Shown: positions 48,198 to 62,379, counted from the stretch's first letter. The stretch is 64,000 nucleotides of DNA from Callorhinchus milii (GCF_018977255.1 NW_024704742.1:74774001-74838000); one strand, 5' to 3'. The notes: a model not told the origin generated them from the sequence alone. Numbers and translations: made by a program.

Positions 48198-50489
48198 TAT
48201 CTCGATAGGCTGGGTGCTCCCCTTATGGTCACATTGATCAATGGTATTCAGTATTCTGGGTGTGGTCTGAACAGAACACTCTACGTAGATTTCCAATATC
48301 ATGTGGTCTCCCACTATGCTTCGAAACAGTACACAAGCAACCAAACACCATTAGTTATTAGAAACATCCTCATTGAAACCACCTGATATAATTGGGGCAG
48401 CCCTTTTCCACAGTATTCGGCACATTTAACGATTATAGCTTCAATATTATATATGGTGTGTTAATATAACTGAGGCAGTACTTTTTTGATATTTCTCCCT
48501 ATAAATGAAGGCCAAACATTGCCCTGTTACTCAATAGGAAACAGGGGGTGATATATCGCATATCACACAAGCAATGTAACTTCATTGCCAGTATAAACAA
48601 GCAAGAGGATGTCAGACAAGTTGCACACAAACAATACTGTCAGTCTGACACTTTCACTTCTTGGATTCCCTTCAGAAGTTACCCTGGTAATTAGGTGGCT
48701 TTGATGCTGGTTTGGTTGACACATGGTCATTTCAGCACTTATTCTTTTCACTAATCAGTGTTCATTAAAGTTAAGCCTTTCAGGTTTTGTTTGTTAAGGA
48801 TGTCTTGTTTAATGTTTAGGAAATGAGGTTCAAGATCAAAGGATAAGAGCAACACAAATGTGTTTCATCTGTATTCCACTTGCATATGGGTAAAGAGATC
48901 ATTAGGTTCGTCCATATTAATTTCTTAGAGAGGATTAAAATGTTTCTGTGATCTTTTTTAGCTGGAGTAAACAACAATTTTGCCTCTTATCAATGGACAA
49001 AAAGGCAGCATTGTTTGATGCCTTTTTTGACCAGGTAAGAGCACTATATTAAAATGTTTTATTCATTTCACACAAGATGAAAGTAGAATTACATTATTTA
49101 GTCTACTAAAAAGGCAGTAAAAGGCAACAAGTTGGACAAGAATAAGAGAAATCCATTGATATCAGTGAGGTCGGGTGTAGATGTGCATGACATATACTAT
49201 GTTCAAACAGTGACATCTGCTTCTCAGACAGCCATGGTTTGTTCAGCTCTAGCTGTACTGTTTGGTATTCCCAGTGTTTTCCAGGTTTTGTATTTGTGGA
49301 TTACCACAAATTAATGATAGTGGAGGTTGGGATCTATTTTCCAATTTCAACTACCATCATAGAAGTAATCGCCAGGTGTGGAACCAATTGTCAAACTTCC
49401 CATGCCTGTGTGGAACATATGGCATCTATTATGGTTGATGTTTCATGTCATATGTTTGGTGATACATGATTATAGTTGGACTCTACAAAGGCACTACACG
49501 TTCCGCCAACCGGAATTGTATCTTACATATGCTGTGTATCCTAAGACGTTAGGCCTCTGAATTATGAGGAAAGAAATAAAATAAAATAAAATAAATCCTA
49601 GCATGGGTTTGTCCTGGATGTGCCCTGGTCCTGGACTTTGGAGCTAGATTCAGGTGGAACATTCACAATCTTGTAGACGAACATGAGGAGCAATCTACAT
49701 TTACACAATCACTGCACTTCATAGTAAATCGCCTTGGGACGTCCTCCCAACGTAAAAGGCACTATACAAATGTAATTTTGTATTTTAAATCCTTTGAAGC
49801 GCTTCAAATCATCTCAACATCTCAAAACATATTAATTAGATATTATATCAAATGCAAGGTTTATAATTGTTGAAATTTACACTTTGGTTTAAAGATGTGG
49901 AAATTCCCCCTTCATTCAAAGAAAATACCTGAGCATCACCTTTCCTTACTCCACATGAGCCTTCACCCTTCCTAATCTTCCCTCCCTTACCCCCTATTCC
50001 CTTCTCCCTCATGTATGCTGAATCAAATAAATGAATCTAAATCAAATGTAGCCTAACTCGTTTTGCATTTGTGCTCACACCATGGCTACTTTTTGTTTTG
50101 TGGTTCTCTTAATGCAATTTGTAATGACTGATTTAGAATCTTAGAAATTTGAGCTCAGGAGGCTATGCTATTGCTCGCTCCTCCGAGGGAGCTAACTAAT
50201 CATTTCCCAATCTGCTGCTTTTACCCTGTACCTTTTGACATTGACTTTCAAATTTTTAATCAGATTCCCTTCTAAGTGGAAGTCTTAGCTTTGTGACAAA
50301 ATATTCTGTGTTCTAGATAAACCTCTGAGTGAAATTATTTCTCATACCCTTCCTCTTTTCTATTGACTATCCTGAGGTTAAAGCCTCTTGTTACCTTTTT
50401 TTCCTTCCCCTTCCCCATTTCTTCCCCTACTATTAAATTTGGATTTTAATTTGTAGGATTTGGAAGGTTGAGGAAGCCTCATGTACTAC

Positions 50490-50612
50490 CGTTCTAACGA
50501 AGGGTCGTAAACCCGAAATGTCGACTCACTTTCCTTTCTCCATAGGTGCTGAGTTTTCCCAGCTCTCTCTGTTTCTGTTTCAGATTACAGCATCTGCAGT
50601 ATTTTGTGTTTT
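50490..50612 (+). mobile_element. Penelope-like terminal repeat fragment with degenerate minimal hammerhead ribozyme
   Basis: GTT-CTAACGA-AGGGTCGTAAACCC-GAAA-TGTC-GAC followed by ...TGCTGAGTTTTCCCAGC...TTTCAGATTACAGCATCTGCAGT, as I recall from chondrichthyan Penelope repeats. Confidence 0.7.
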
Positions 50613-50929
50613 GTACGTACTGCTGGATACCAATTAACCTTCTGCAAACTAAACGCTACCCAGCCACATTGTGGGGTACTGCTGAACACAGACAAGACCA
50701 AAGAGTGCAATGTTGTGTTTGACATCCTCCTGTTTGTTTGTAGTGGCAAAGAATTACACTTGCCTGGGGAACTGAACACAGATATGGCAAAAGAGTGAGC
50801 CAACCCCGTTTGTTTCCACACTTCCATATCTCCATGCAGCTGGCACAACAGAGGCATTGGCTGAACTCCTGCATCTCCTGCCCTTGTGTGTATGTGCGAG
50901 ACTAGCTTCCCTTCTAATGAACTACTACT

Positions 50930-51300
50930 AATAATAATCTTTACATTTGATATGCCATCTTTCATGTCTGGAGGACATCTCAAAGTGCTTCTCGGGATTT
51001 ACTGAAAAGTATAGTGACCATTTATCTTAGAGGCGAACAAGGTGAACACAAGGCAACCAATTGGTGCACAAAAATGTCCCACATACAGCCATAAAGTGAA
51101 TAATCAAATCTATTTGGGGGATTATTGCCAGGACACCATGAGAAATTCCCTTCTCTTTTTGAATAGTGCCATGCTATCATAGTGCTACCTGAATAGACAG
51201 ACAGGCCTCGGTTTAACGTATCATCTGAATGATGGCACCTTCATTGGACGGTCAGCCAAGCTCAAACATCCAATGTGGGGTTTGAACCCACAACCTTCAC
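50930..51300 (-). mobile_element. Older Deu-SINE
   Basis: GAATAGTGCCATG...GGCCTCGGTTTAACGTATCATCTGAATGATGGCACC; TTTGAACCCACAACCTTC. Confidence 0.78.
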
Positions 51301-54300
51301 TTGTGCGGGGTCAGTCCATGTTTGTCAGATTCATATTTTTAAACAAAAGAGGATATTGTTGATTCACTCTGTGTAATGTTCACTTAACACAAACGTTGTT
51401 GTAATAGAAGAGGCAAGTATATTAATGCTTAACTTTATACTATATGTGATGATTTGCACAGGGTGGCCAGTTACATTTTACTCTCGAATGATAAGGAAGG
51501 TTAAAGACTTTGGGAGAACTGCTGACATTCAAAAAATGGGAAAAGATAGATCAACAGGACTGGTCCTGTGCAGTCTCACATACTCATTTGCAATAGCAGT
51601 TTGATCTGTTCTAACACTGGTAATATGTTTTGCAGTCAGACCACTTCACAGCATATCCTGTGAAGCGCTTTGGGACAGCCTCCCAACGTGAAATACACTA
51701 TGCCAACTGCAAGGATTATCATTAAAGATTAGTATTATTTCAGTTAAATCAAGACAGCTGGTAAATTAAAGAGCTATGTTCACATACTTCAAATGTTTAG
51801 TTTACAAAAAGGGATTAATTAGAAATGAAGAGATTGCTATGCAGCCAAAGCAAGTACACAAGGAACCATTAATTAAGAAGAGGCTATTTTGCCCCCTTAC
51901 ACCCATTCCTCCTGTAAGACCATGTGCCCAGATTCTAACCCATCTATACCATTTCCTGATAGATTCTAAGCAGATAGTCCTTGATCCCCTAAAACAGTTG
52001 AACAAAACTGCAGAATGTCTACCATTCACACATCTCCACTACACAAATCAGGCCAACTGCACTCCACAGATGCACAGCTCCCCCACGCTACGGCAGCACA
52101 GTAATTATCAGGCCTGGGGCTAAAGAGTAGCACAATGATTGCCAGAACTTCTATTTCCCAGCCCTGTGAAAGATTCAGGCTTCTGAGCACCTTATGTATT
52201 GAGCAGCTGGGAGCTTTGATCCCCAGCTCTCCATAGTGTTGAAGGCAAGAAACTGGAAGCAGCATTATTCTTCTGCAAACTCAAAAATAATGTTCTTTGT
52301 GAAACAAATAATGGTAAACAATGGACCCCAGAGTATGGCTGGGGTACTGCTGGAGTCTAACCAGGTAAAACCGCATAGCTTGCGATTGACATTTCTGTCT
52401 GGCAAGCTTTCCCACTGTTCGTCCAGCTAGGACCACCCTACCCATTAGGGCTTGATGACTCCCTGCCCCCAGTGACTGGTCTGTCCTTCCAGGTCCCTTT
52501 GTGAAAGGCGCTATATAAATGTAATCTTGTTGTTGTTCTGCCGATGAGCCAGGCAGGCTGTGCTGTCATCAGCAGTGCCCTGGAATACTACAGATCCATC
52601 TGGCTTAGGAACCAGACTAGAGACCATCACAGAGGGTTACTGGCTCAATTCCGACATTCCGTTGCCAGGCATTTCACCTTGGAGCCAGTTTAGCTCCAAG
52701 GAGACCCCACTTACCTCCCACCCAAGGAGGATAAAGAAGGGAAAGAAGGGAAGGGAGTTTCTCCCAGTGTCCTGGCCAACAATCGCCACATAATCTTATT
52801 TTCTTCATGGTGTTTTGTGGGACATTCTGGGCATACACGTGTAGTCCTATTCATCTACAAATATACAGTCACTACACTTTCCAGGAAGTCCTGAGATATT
52901 CAAGAACATGATAAGGCACTATTTCAAATGCAAAGAATTACTATTATAATTAATTACTGTAACAAGTTATCAAAAACAGAGGTTGAAGCTGTTCTTGATT
53001 CAATTCTGGACTGATCTAAAAANCAGCTTGTGAGAAGATAGTAGGGTGTGCATTCTGGAAGGATGAGATCAAGTGGGAGGAAGGGCCACTTCATCCAAAT
53101 TTGTGATCCTGTGAGGAAATATAAAGTTCAGAACAGTTTGTTTCCCTTTCAGCTTTTGCAAATTCCTGTGTTTATCATTTGATATGTCTGGTGCATCAGC
53201 TTTGTCTCTGTAACTGTTTTAATAATGCTGGGAACAATTCTACACCTTTGTTGAAGTTAGAGCTGTAGAACAACTGAAACACGGGAGGAAGACAATGATT
53301 TACTACCATCCCAGCAGTCTGATCTGCTAGCTCCATTCTTGGCTTTTTCTGAAAGGCATTGTCTGAAAATGTTATGGATAAAAGTAGAGATCCTGATCGA
53401 TCTAAATGAAGAATTGCAGAGTTAGATATAATTACAATCCCTAAATTCAAACCCATTACTTAATATGACAGCACAAATTAACTTCAACTTTTTTGGCACT
53501 TAACAGTAATTGTGCAGATCCGAGTCCCTCAACTTTGGTACATTTATTATATTACATTTCACTCTGCACCTCATAGCTACCTTCTTTAAAAGCTTTCTCG
53601 CTGCCTGGTCGGTTGAGACCAACCTACTTGTTGGAGTTTTGGCTTGCTGGGTTAACAGGAGCTGCGTGGGAGGATTCTCTGTCGCCAATAACTGTCCTGC
53701 CCTTCCAGGTCATGCTGATGAGCCAGGCTGGCTGTGCTGTCCTCAGCAGTGCCCTGGAATACTGCAGACCCGCCTGTTTCAGGAACTGGATTACCGGGTC
53801 CGCTACAGAGAGTTAACTCCATCTGACATTCTGGTGCTCAGCAAATCAGCTGCAATGAGGCGCTGCTTACTTCCCCCCATGAGAAGATAGCACTACTTTC
53901 CATTTGTTGTTATACTGTCACTATAGTATTACAGTATTCTCAGTTCTATCTCTCTTTGACAGCCAGAGGTATATCTGAAGCAGACAGAGAATTTCTTTGA
54001 CCTTTGTTTTGCTCAGTTCTCTCTTCCGATCTCTCCTGACTTCTTATCTCCGATTCTTTTTCTATCCTTATCCTACACTGTACCTGTATCAAATTCTTGA
54101 ATGAATCCTGGGCTGTTGGTTCAAACTCTTGTAAAATTGCTTATCTGGTTACAATGTGCACATGTGAGTAACTAAAGATTTTCACTCACATTTCATTCCA
54201 ATATCACTTCTGCATCTCAGGCCTGGGATCTGGACATGTGGCTATCTGCAGTGCAGATAAATAATACTCTAATGAAATTCCTTCTCGATATTTTAGAAAA

Positions 54301-54959
54301 TTTCTATAATGAATTAGACCTCAATATTTCCAAGATAGAGTAACTAAATATGTGTATAATATTTCATACATGCAGCAATTGAGAATTTATTGTGGTTAAG
54401 TTGACATATTTCACCTTGTAATTAATGCCCTCTGGATACTGGAATAGCTTTGTTGATATCAATCTCCTGGCTGGCACATCACAAATTGAGGTCCTAGAAA
54501 AACAAGTATAGGGAAGCTTGCCAGATACTGGCTGCAATTGAAAGCTGTACATTTTCAGCTGGTTGAACTCTAGCAGTACCCCAAGCCTTTAGGGTTCCCA
54601 AGCCTTGGCTCTTGCCAGCCTGCTCGTGTACATTCTGGGAATAGGAAAACAGGGTAGGTTCTTTGGGGAGAGGTTGGCCTGTTTTCCTAAGAGCATTTCA
54701 TTCCAAATATAGGAACATTTCCATCTGGAATTCCCAGTTTGTTTGGATACTCTTAACCAAGGGAAAGGGTTTTACTATGTTTCAGACACGCAGAAGACCA
54801 CAAAAATAGTGATGTGATTGATAAACATGCACACAATTGGATTTTTTGCTAATTGCCAGACATCCATTCTGTATGTTTAATGTCTCCTGTATTGACATGC
54901 ATTTCCTCACATTTATTCACATTAAAACCTAATTGTCATTCCTTCCAGTGAAAATCACC

Positions 54960-55132
54960 TTGTGCCTCAAGACCCTCCTCTTCGACCATGCCATCGGCAA
55001 CTCCCCTTCCCCTCCCCTCCCTTCCCCCCACCCGACCCCAGCTCGGGTCTGAAATGCTGTACTCTGTCTAGCGCCTTGGGATGTCCTCCCGACGTGAAAG
55101 GAGCTATACAAATGTAATCTTGTTGTTGTTGT
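54960..55132 (+). mobile_element. L2 3' end
   Basis: CTCAAGACCCTCCTCTTCGACCATGCC...AGCGCCTTGGGATGTCCTCCCGACGTGAAAGG..(TTG)n. Confidence 0.88.
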
Positions 55133-55504
55133 AATGTAATTGTAATATCCTTTTATTGTGAACATGTCTGGCTATTTGCTTAACTGTCTCCGAGAGCTGA
55201 TGGTATTGATATAAGGCAGCAGTAATAGGAAATGGATTGCAGCAGCTGGTGGAACTGAACGGAAGAAGCTTTTCTCCGGGTAAATGAATGACACAATGCA
55301 TTTGATGCTTAGCATTTTGATCTGATAGGATCTGACAGTTACAGCTGTACCTGAAGCAGATAGAGAATCAGATTGCAAATAATGAGGTGAGCGAATACCC
55401 CTTCTCATCATATGTTTTGCATATGGAAGGAAAGAGTAATAAAATACTATAAATAAGAAACCTCACTGTGGAGTAGAGATTATCAGACTACAATGATGTG
55501 GGCT

Positions 55505-56035
55505 ATGCAATAATAATAATCTTAAATTTGGCCTAGCTTCTGTCACATTAGGTGGATATGCTGAAGCTCTTCACGGGATATACAATTACAACAACCACAA
55601 CAACAAAATTACGCTTGTATAATGCCTTTCACGTTGGGAGGACGTCCCAGTATGTAAAGTCCCAATATGCTGTAAAGTGCAATGCCTGTGTGTTTTGTGG
55701 ATGATCACGGCAGCCATTTTACTCACAGGAATGTCCTACTAAGAGTCATGAAGTGAATCACCTATTTTATTTGGGGAATTGTTGGTTGGGACATTGGAAG
55801 AAGCTCCTTTCTCTTTTTAAATAGTGCCGTGGGATCTTTAGCAACCACCTGAACAGGCAGATGGGACCTCGGTTTAACGTCTCATCCAAAGGACGGCATC
55901 TCTGGCAATGCAGCATACCCCCAGCACTGCAATGGGCTGTGTGATACCAAATTCCAACATTGGGGCTCGAACCCACAATCTTCTGACCCAGAGGTGAGCG
56001 TGCTACCACTGAACCAGGCAGAACTAACATATCGA
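55505..56035 (-). mobile_element. Near-complete older Deu-SINE with a short L2 tail inserted (~55587-55650)
   Basis: Reverse head GTGGTAGCACGCTCACCTCTGGGTCAGAAGATTGTGGGTTCGAGCCCCA and Deu core GATGCCGTCCTTTGGATGAGACGTTAAACCGAGG. Confidence 0.85.
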
Positions 56036-56949
56036 ACTGAATAATGCAGCACTAACCATGTCTTCAGTGCAGTACAGACCTCACTCGTGGAGCACAAAGT
56101 TAGGACGTCTTTCAGCCCACCGTGCTTGTTCCACCAGGTCAATAGATCATGGCAGATATTGTAATTCCATTTCTGTGCCTTTCTCCATAGTCCTTAATAC
56201 CCTTACTTCCTTTTCCTTCTTTTAAATCGGCCTTCACAGCCTTCTGTTTCCGAGGACTCCACATTTTAACAACCCTCAGTGTGAAGAAGCAGTTTCTGAT
56301 TCCACCTCTAAGGATTTTAGTTCTAATTGTTTTGATGATGTTCCCTTTGTTTTGAATCCCTCTACAAGCCGAAAGAGGTGTTTCATAATATTAAACATTT
56401 CATTCCGTTTCCAAATGCTGTTAAATAATATTTACATATGCAAGTTCTATCAATCTGCTAATGTTTGTTTTTCCTTTCTGTTGTTTTTACTAATAGAACT
56501 ACATTATAATATAATATAATTTACATTTATATAGCACCTTTCGCATTTAGGAGGAAGTCTCAAAGTTCTTAACAATCTGCGAAATGGCAATATGTTAGGA
56601 GCTCCTCTTCCCTCCTCTGGCTTGACGTGTGATAATATTTATTGTAATTGAGAGTTTGGACCTCTGAGTCTATCACTAAAAATGAAACATGTTTCTGGGA
56701 TCTATGAGGTCTGAACTTACTTATGGTATTATCCTATTAAGATCATTCTGTTGTAAAATGTAAGACAGCCCAGAATTGTGGAACATTCTTAAGCTCAATT
56801 AAATTCAATCTGAATCTGGAAGTTGTTTTTCCTCAATTTTTATAAAAAGAAACAGCTTTCAAATTAAGACTGAATTTCCCATAAATGGATTGATAATAAT
56901 AATAATTTAAATTCTGAAACAAAATGGTCTTAACTGACTAAAACAAGGA

Positions 56950-57940
56950 GGCATAGAATCATAGAATCATTGAATCTTACAACACATTGTAAATTGTGCC
57001 TGTGCCGGCTGATTGAAAACGCTACCACCTAGTCCCATACCACGGTCTTACCCCATGGCCCTGCAATTATTTTCTTTTTAAATACCTATCCAATTCCCTT
57101 TTGAAATCTACTATCGAATCTGCTTAAACCACCATCACCCTTTCAGGCAGTGCATTCCAGATCGTAATAACTCTCTGGGTAAAAAAATGTTTCCCTCGTA
57201 TCCCCTCTAGTTCTTTTGCCAATTATCTTAAATCTATTATTATTATTATTATTATTATCTGTGTCCTCTGGTTACCGACCCACCCAACTCATCTACTCAA
57301 TCAAACCTCTCATAATTGTGAATATCTCCATTAAATCTCCCCTCAACCTTCTCTGCTCTAAGACGAATAATCCCAGCCTATCTAGTCTCTCTACATAATT
57401 GTATTCCCTCATCCCTGGTATCATCCTTGTAATCTCCTCTGCACGCTCACCCACAATATGTACAGTTAATTCACTTTATATTCTGTGAAGCGCTTTGAGT
57501 CGTCTCAAAGACATGATATGGCGTTATATCAAATGCAAAGATTATTATTATTATCAACTGCATTACCTTCATCAATCCTCTTCATTACGTCATCAAAGAA
57601 CTCAATCAAGTTAGTTAGGCACGATTCGCCTTTAACAAATCTGCGTTGGCTGTCCTTTTTTTCATGTTTTTCGAACTGAAAATCAATTTTGTTCCGGATT
57701 ATGGTCTCTAGAAGTTTTCCAACAACTGAAGTTAGGATGCCGGGCCTGAAGTTACCAGGTTTATCCCTCTCCCCTTTTTTGGACAGGGGAGTAACATTAG
57801 CAACCCTCCAGACCTCTGGCACCACTTTCATATCCAAGAAGGATTGAAAGACTGTAGCCAGAGCCTCCACTATTTGCACTGTTACTTCCCTCAGCAATTT
57901 AAGATGCATCCATCCTGACCAGGTGACATATCTACATTTG
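56950..57940 (-). mobile_element. CR1 fragments (3' end 56950-57445; RT segment 57555-57940) separated by a SINE tail
   Basis: (CATAGAAT)n reverse tail; VPEVWRVANVTPL.KKG.RDKPGNFRP..LTSVVGKLLE, SCLTNLIEFF. Confidence 0.88.
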
Positions 57941-58195
57941 AGGTAATAAAAAAAAGAACACTTTTTAAATAGAAATCCTTCAGAAAGATTTGGATTCATT
58001 AGTTCAAAAGGCATTTACTGCCAAACCGTTTAATTATTATAATTCCTCAAACAAGAGGGTGAAACATATGATTTAAAGTGTCAGGCTGGCTCAATCCAAA
58101 GCATTCTTGCCTCTGAGTCAGAAGATTGTGGGTTCAGGCCCCATGTCAGGAATGTGACTTTGTATCGTCTCAGCACTGCATTGTTAGAGGTATAG

Positions 58196-59670
58196 TCTCC
58201 CACCTTCCTCCCCAACATCTCCACCCTCCTATTTTCCCTCTCCTTCTGTTCCGAACGCTTCCTCATCCTAGGCGACTTCAACCTCGACTTCACCCCCTCC
58301 TGCTCTACCTCTGCTGACTTTTCCTCTATCCTCTCCTCCCTCAACCTCTCCCTCTACATCCACTCCGCCACCCAGTCCACGGTCACTCCTCGACCTGGTA
58401 ATCACCCAGGGTCTCACCATCTCGGACATCACCATCACTAATGAAGCCATCTCAGACAACTACTTCATTTACCTTAACATCTCCGTCTCCATTCCCCCTA
58501 CTTAACCCACTTCTATCACCTACAGCCCATAGAAAAAAATCTCCCCCCACTCCCTCTTCACTGCCCTGGAGTCATCCGAACTCCTGCCCTTCTGGGCCTC
58601 CTCTCACAATAACCCAACCTCCTGGCTTTCTCTTCTCCACAACTCCCTCTCATCCACCCTCGACTCTCTTGCTCCCCTCACCTCCCGAACTGCCTCATAT
58701 TCACTGAAATCCCCCTGGTACATCAGCCATCTCCGATCCCTCAAAGGACAAGTGCGCGCTGCCGAATGCACTTGGACCAAATCAAACCCAACGGTCCATC
58801 GGTAGATCTGGCTTGACCACACTAGAACTTACCACTGTGCCCTCGCATCCTTTGACTCCAAAATAATTTTGGAGGCCAAGGACAATCTCAGGCTCCTCTT
58901 CTCCACCACGAATCACCTCCACCATCCACCTACCTGCGCCTTGCCCATCCTCTCCTCCAATTCTAACTCCGAGGAGATGTTGGACTTGCTTAAATCCAAA
59001 ATCGATGGGATTCATTCAGCTACCTCTCCCTCATCTACCACTACGCCCTTGCCACCTCCCACTCCTGTCCTGACCCCAACCCATCCCTCCCTATACACCT
59101 TTGACCCTGTCTCCCTCTCGTCCCACACCTCCACCATTTCAAAAATGAATCCCACCACCTGCTCCCTCGACCCTATCCCTACCCCTCTCTACCTCCCAGC
59201 TCCACCTTCCGGTCCCTTTTTTATTCAACATTATCAACCTCTCTTTATCCACTGTCACTGTTTTCACTCCCTAAAAATGGCTGTCATCAACCCCATCCTC
59301 AAAAAACTTTTCCTGGACCCATCCCTACTCTCCAGCTATCACCCCATCTCTAACCTCAAATTCATCTCCAAGGCCCTAGAATGAGTCGTCACGTACCAGC
59401 TTTGCTCTTTCCTCTCCCACCATTTCCTCTGTGAACCCCTCCAATTGGGCTTTCTGTGATGCCCACAGCACAGAAACATCCCTGGTCAAAGTCACTAATG
59501 ACATTCTGAACATTTGCGATCAGGGCTCTCTCTGCCTCCTTGTCCTCCTAGACCTCTCTGCTGCCTTTGACACTGTCGACCATATCCTCCTACAGCGCCT
59601 CTCCTCTAAACTCAACCTTTGCGGACCTGCCGTTGCCTGGTTCGAATCCTACCTCTTGTACCTTCTCTAC
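58196..59670 (+). mobile_element. L2 ORF2 internal fragment (endonuclease C-terminus to RT N-terminus), degenerate
   Basis: [72 protein letters not shown]. Confidence 0.9.
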
Positions 59671-59792
59671 TTTGTTGCCAGTATCCTGTGAAGCAACACT
59701 GAAATATTAATAATAGCACTAGTTTAACCATTGTACTAAAGCCGGGGGCTTCATATTGGTGTAGTTATCAACTCGAAATTGCCATGTCTCTT

Positions 59793-60048
59793 AATAACAA
59801 TAATCCTTGCATTTAATATCGCGCCTTATCACGTCTTCGAGACATCTCAAAGTGCTTCAAGGAATATAATGTAAAGTGAATTGACTGTATTTTGTGGGTG
59901 AAACGCAGCAGCCAATTGCGCACAGCAGTGTCCTACAAACAGTCGTGGATTGAAGTAACCAATTTGTTTTGAAGCAATTATTACCCCAGGAAAAACAATC
60001 CACTAATCAAATAACAATCGGGTTCCTACTTACTTCTAGGTAAACAGA
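59793..60048 (-). mobile_element. 5'-truncated long-variant SINE
   Basis: Contains the reverse complement of CTGTTTACCTAGAAGTAAGTAGGAACCC plus body and tail. Confidence 0.8.
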
Positions 60049-61633
60049 TTTGGTAACATTTTCTATTGAGAAACATTGCACTTTTCACCTCATGTTAGTA
60101 ATCCAAAAAATAGTTTGAAATCATGGATTGGGAGGTGTACAGTAGTCTGCCAATCTATTTATCCTGTAGGAGCACACATTCCTCCACAGTCAAATGGCTT
60201 CTCCCTCTCCCTCTACCTGTCCAAAGCCTCTGCTTAGAGTCTAAGGCAAGATTATTATGAGATAGTTCAGTGCTCCCCGACTGATGATGTGTTCTTGTAA
60301 TTGTAATCCTGCTCTGGTAGTAATCCCCCACGTTCCCAGCTTTTGATTGACTGGAAAACACTGGCATATTAGGTATATTTGTCAACTGGATACTCATCAC
60401 TAATTAGGACTTATGCTTGTGAATATCAGAAATTCATGGGAGATTTACAAAATGATGAATTGTAAATTCCAAGCCAAACAAATCCAACATAATGCAGATG
60501 AAATGGTCAGCATTTTAAAGGACAGACTTGTTTTGGAATTTGCCAGGCTTGGGAATCTTATAATTTAATATTTGCAAACCACAAATTGCAATTGGTGAGT
60601 CAAATCCAGTTTGTGACTATTGCAGTGAAACCCCATCGTGGGCTACACGTACATGAGAACAGCATGCAGAGGAAGTGAAGTGGAATTAGTGGAACTGTAA
60701 GATCCTATTCAATTTCCACCTTGAAATGCAGTCCTTGTTCCGCTCCATTGAAAGCCACTACATTAATTATTAACCTGGTGTCATCAGATATCTTTGCTTT
60801 AAGCATTAATCAGCAAATTTGAATCACATTTCAGTCAAAGCCTTCTCAGGTTCTCCCTACTGTAAAAAGATGTGAAGAGTACTCTGAGGAACACGATCAA
60901 TATTCAGTTGTGGATGAGTAGGATGTCAAACTGTGGTGTAGATATAATGGACAGGATTTCCTCCTCATGTTCAAAATAAATCTTACATTTTACAGCACTC
61001 TCACAATATCTCAGAGATATGTTTCATTCAACCTTGTTCAAGTCAATTACAGTATAAACAACATGAATCAAGATCGATCCCACTTTCATAACACTTTTTA
61101 TCTTAAACCATGAGGGAGAAGAGGGGTGTGAGAGAAAGGGGGTTAGGAGTCTGGGAGAGAGGGAATCAGGATGAATGGAGGCTTGTGTAGAGTATGAATG
61201 CCACCACAGACCAGTTGAGCTGAATGTCCTGTTTCTCCCCTTTAACAATCTATATAATTCCATGAAAAACACTTTCTGTTTAGATTTATCCTCTGTTGCC
61301 TGTTTTATTGGGGTGGGAGGTGAGCAATTCATTCCCTTGACAGTCCTCTTTTTCAAGCATCAAACAAATTCCGTTTAAAATAATTTATGGACTCCGCCAC
61401 AAGCAATGGACTGTGGCTGAGAATAACCAATCTCTGTGTAAAGACATCATTTTCTAACCTTTCTTTCAATTCATGTTTAGAGCCGTGTGGTGCCTCTTAG
61501 GCCCTACATCAAGCTCAAGATTTTTTTTCGTTTAACTTTTTTTGTCAGTGATGATCTGTTGAATAGGGCTGAATTAGCCTGCTCCTCAGCCCAAATACTT
61601 GCTGTTAATAATTGGCCCAGAAGCTTTGGGCCT

Positions 61634-62275
61634 AACAACAACAACAACGTGCACTTATATAGTGCCCTCCATGCAGGGTAGCGTCTCAGAGTACTTAGCA
61701 ATGGTGGAGCCTGACTCCAAGTTGGGTGGGGTGAGGGGGAGGAGGTCACGGTTGAAAAGGAAGGTTTTCAGGCGGAACTTGAAAAAGGGGAGAGGGGGGG
61801 CAAGGCGGAGGGATTGAGAGAGAGTGTTCCACAGTTTTCGCGCGTAGTGGCTGAAAGTGGGACCTCCAATGGTGGAGCGGAGGGTGCGAGGGACGAGCAG
61901 GAGGCCGGTGCCAGTTGAGCAGAGGCGTTGGGTGGTGGATTGGGGAGTGAGGAGGTCGGAGAGGTAGGGAGGTGCCAGAGAGTGAAGGGATTTGAACACC
62001 AGAGTGAGGATGAGGATCTTGAAGTCGTTCCGTTTGGTGATGGGGAGCCAGTGGAGCCTGGCCAGAACTGGTGAGATGTGGGTACAGAGTTTGGTCGGGG
62101 TTAGTATGCGGGCGGCAGAGTTCTGAATGAGCTGGATCTTTTGAATAGTGGAGCTGGGGAGACCAGCGAGTAGAGCGTTTGAGTAATCCAGGCGGGAGGT
62201 GACAAATGCATGCACGAGTGTTTTGGCTGCATTCAGAGTAACGTACGGTCAGAGGCGGGCAATGTGGCAACCAGC
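61634..62275 (-). mobile_element. L2 3' fragment, second tail type
   Basis: HAFVTSRLDYSNALLAGLP..IQKIQLIQNSAARIL..LHWLPI; tail CTGAGACGCTACCCTGCATGGAGGGCACTATA. Confidence 0.92.
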
Positions 62276-62379
62276 GTGATCTCTAAAAGTTACTTCTTTA
62301 GTCACGGGTGCTTGGCCTGTTGCCTTAAGATTATCTATCTTTTAAGGTTGTGGATATTTTACCGTATAAAGCTTGTCAA

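Noticed and set aside
53712..53750. CTGATGAG as a hammerhead core in the unassigned repeat
   Set aside because: No GAAA after the putative stem II; the motif instead pairs with downstream TCCTCAGC/TCATCAGC as a plain hairpin.
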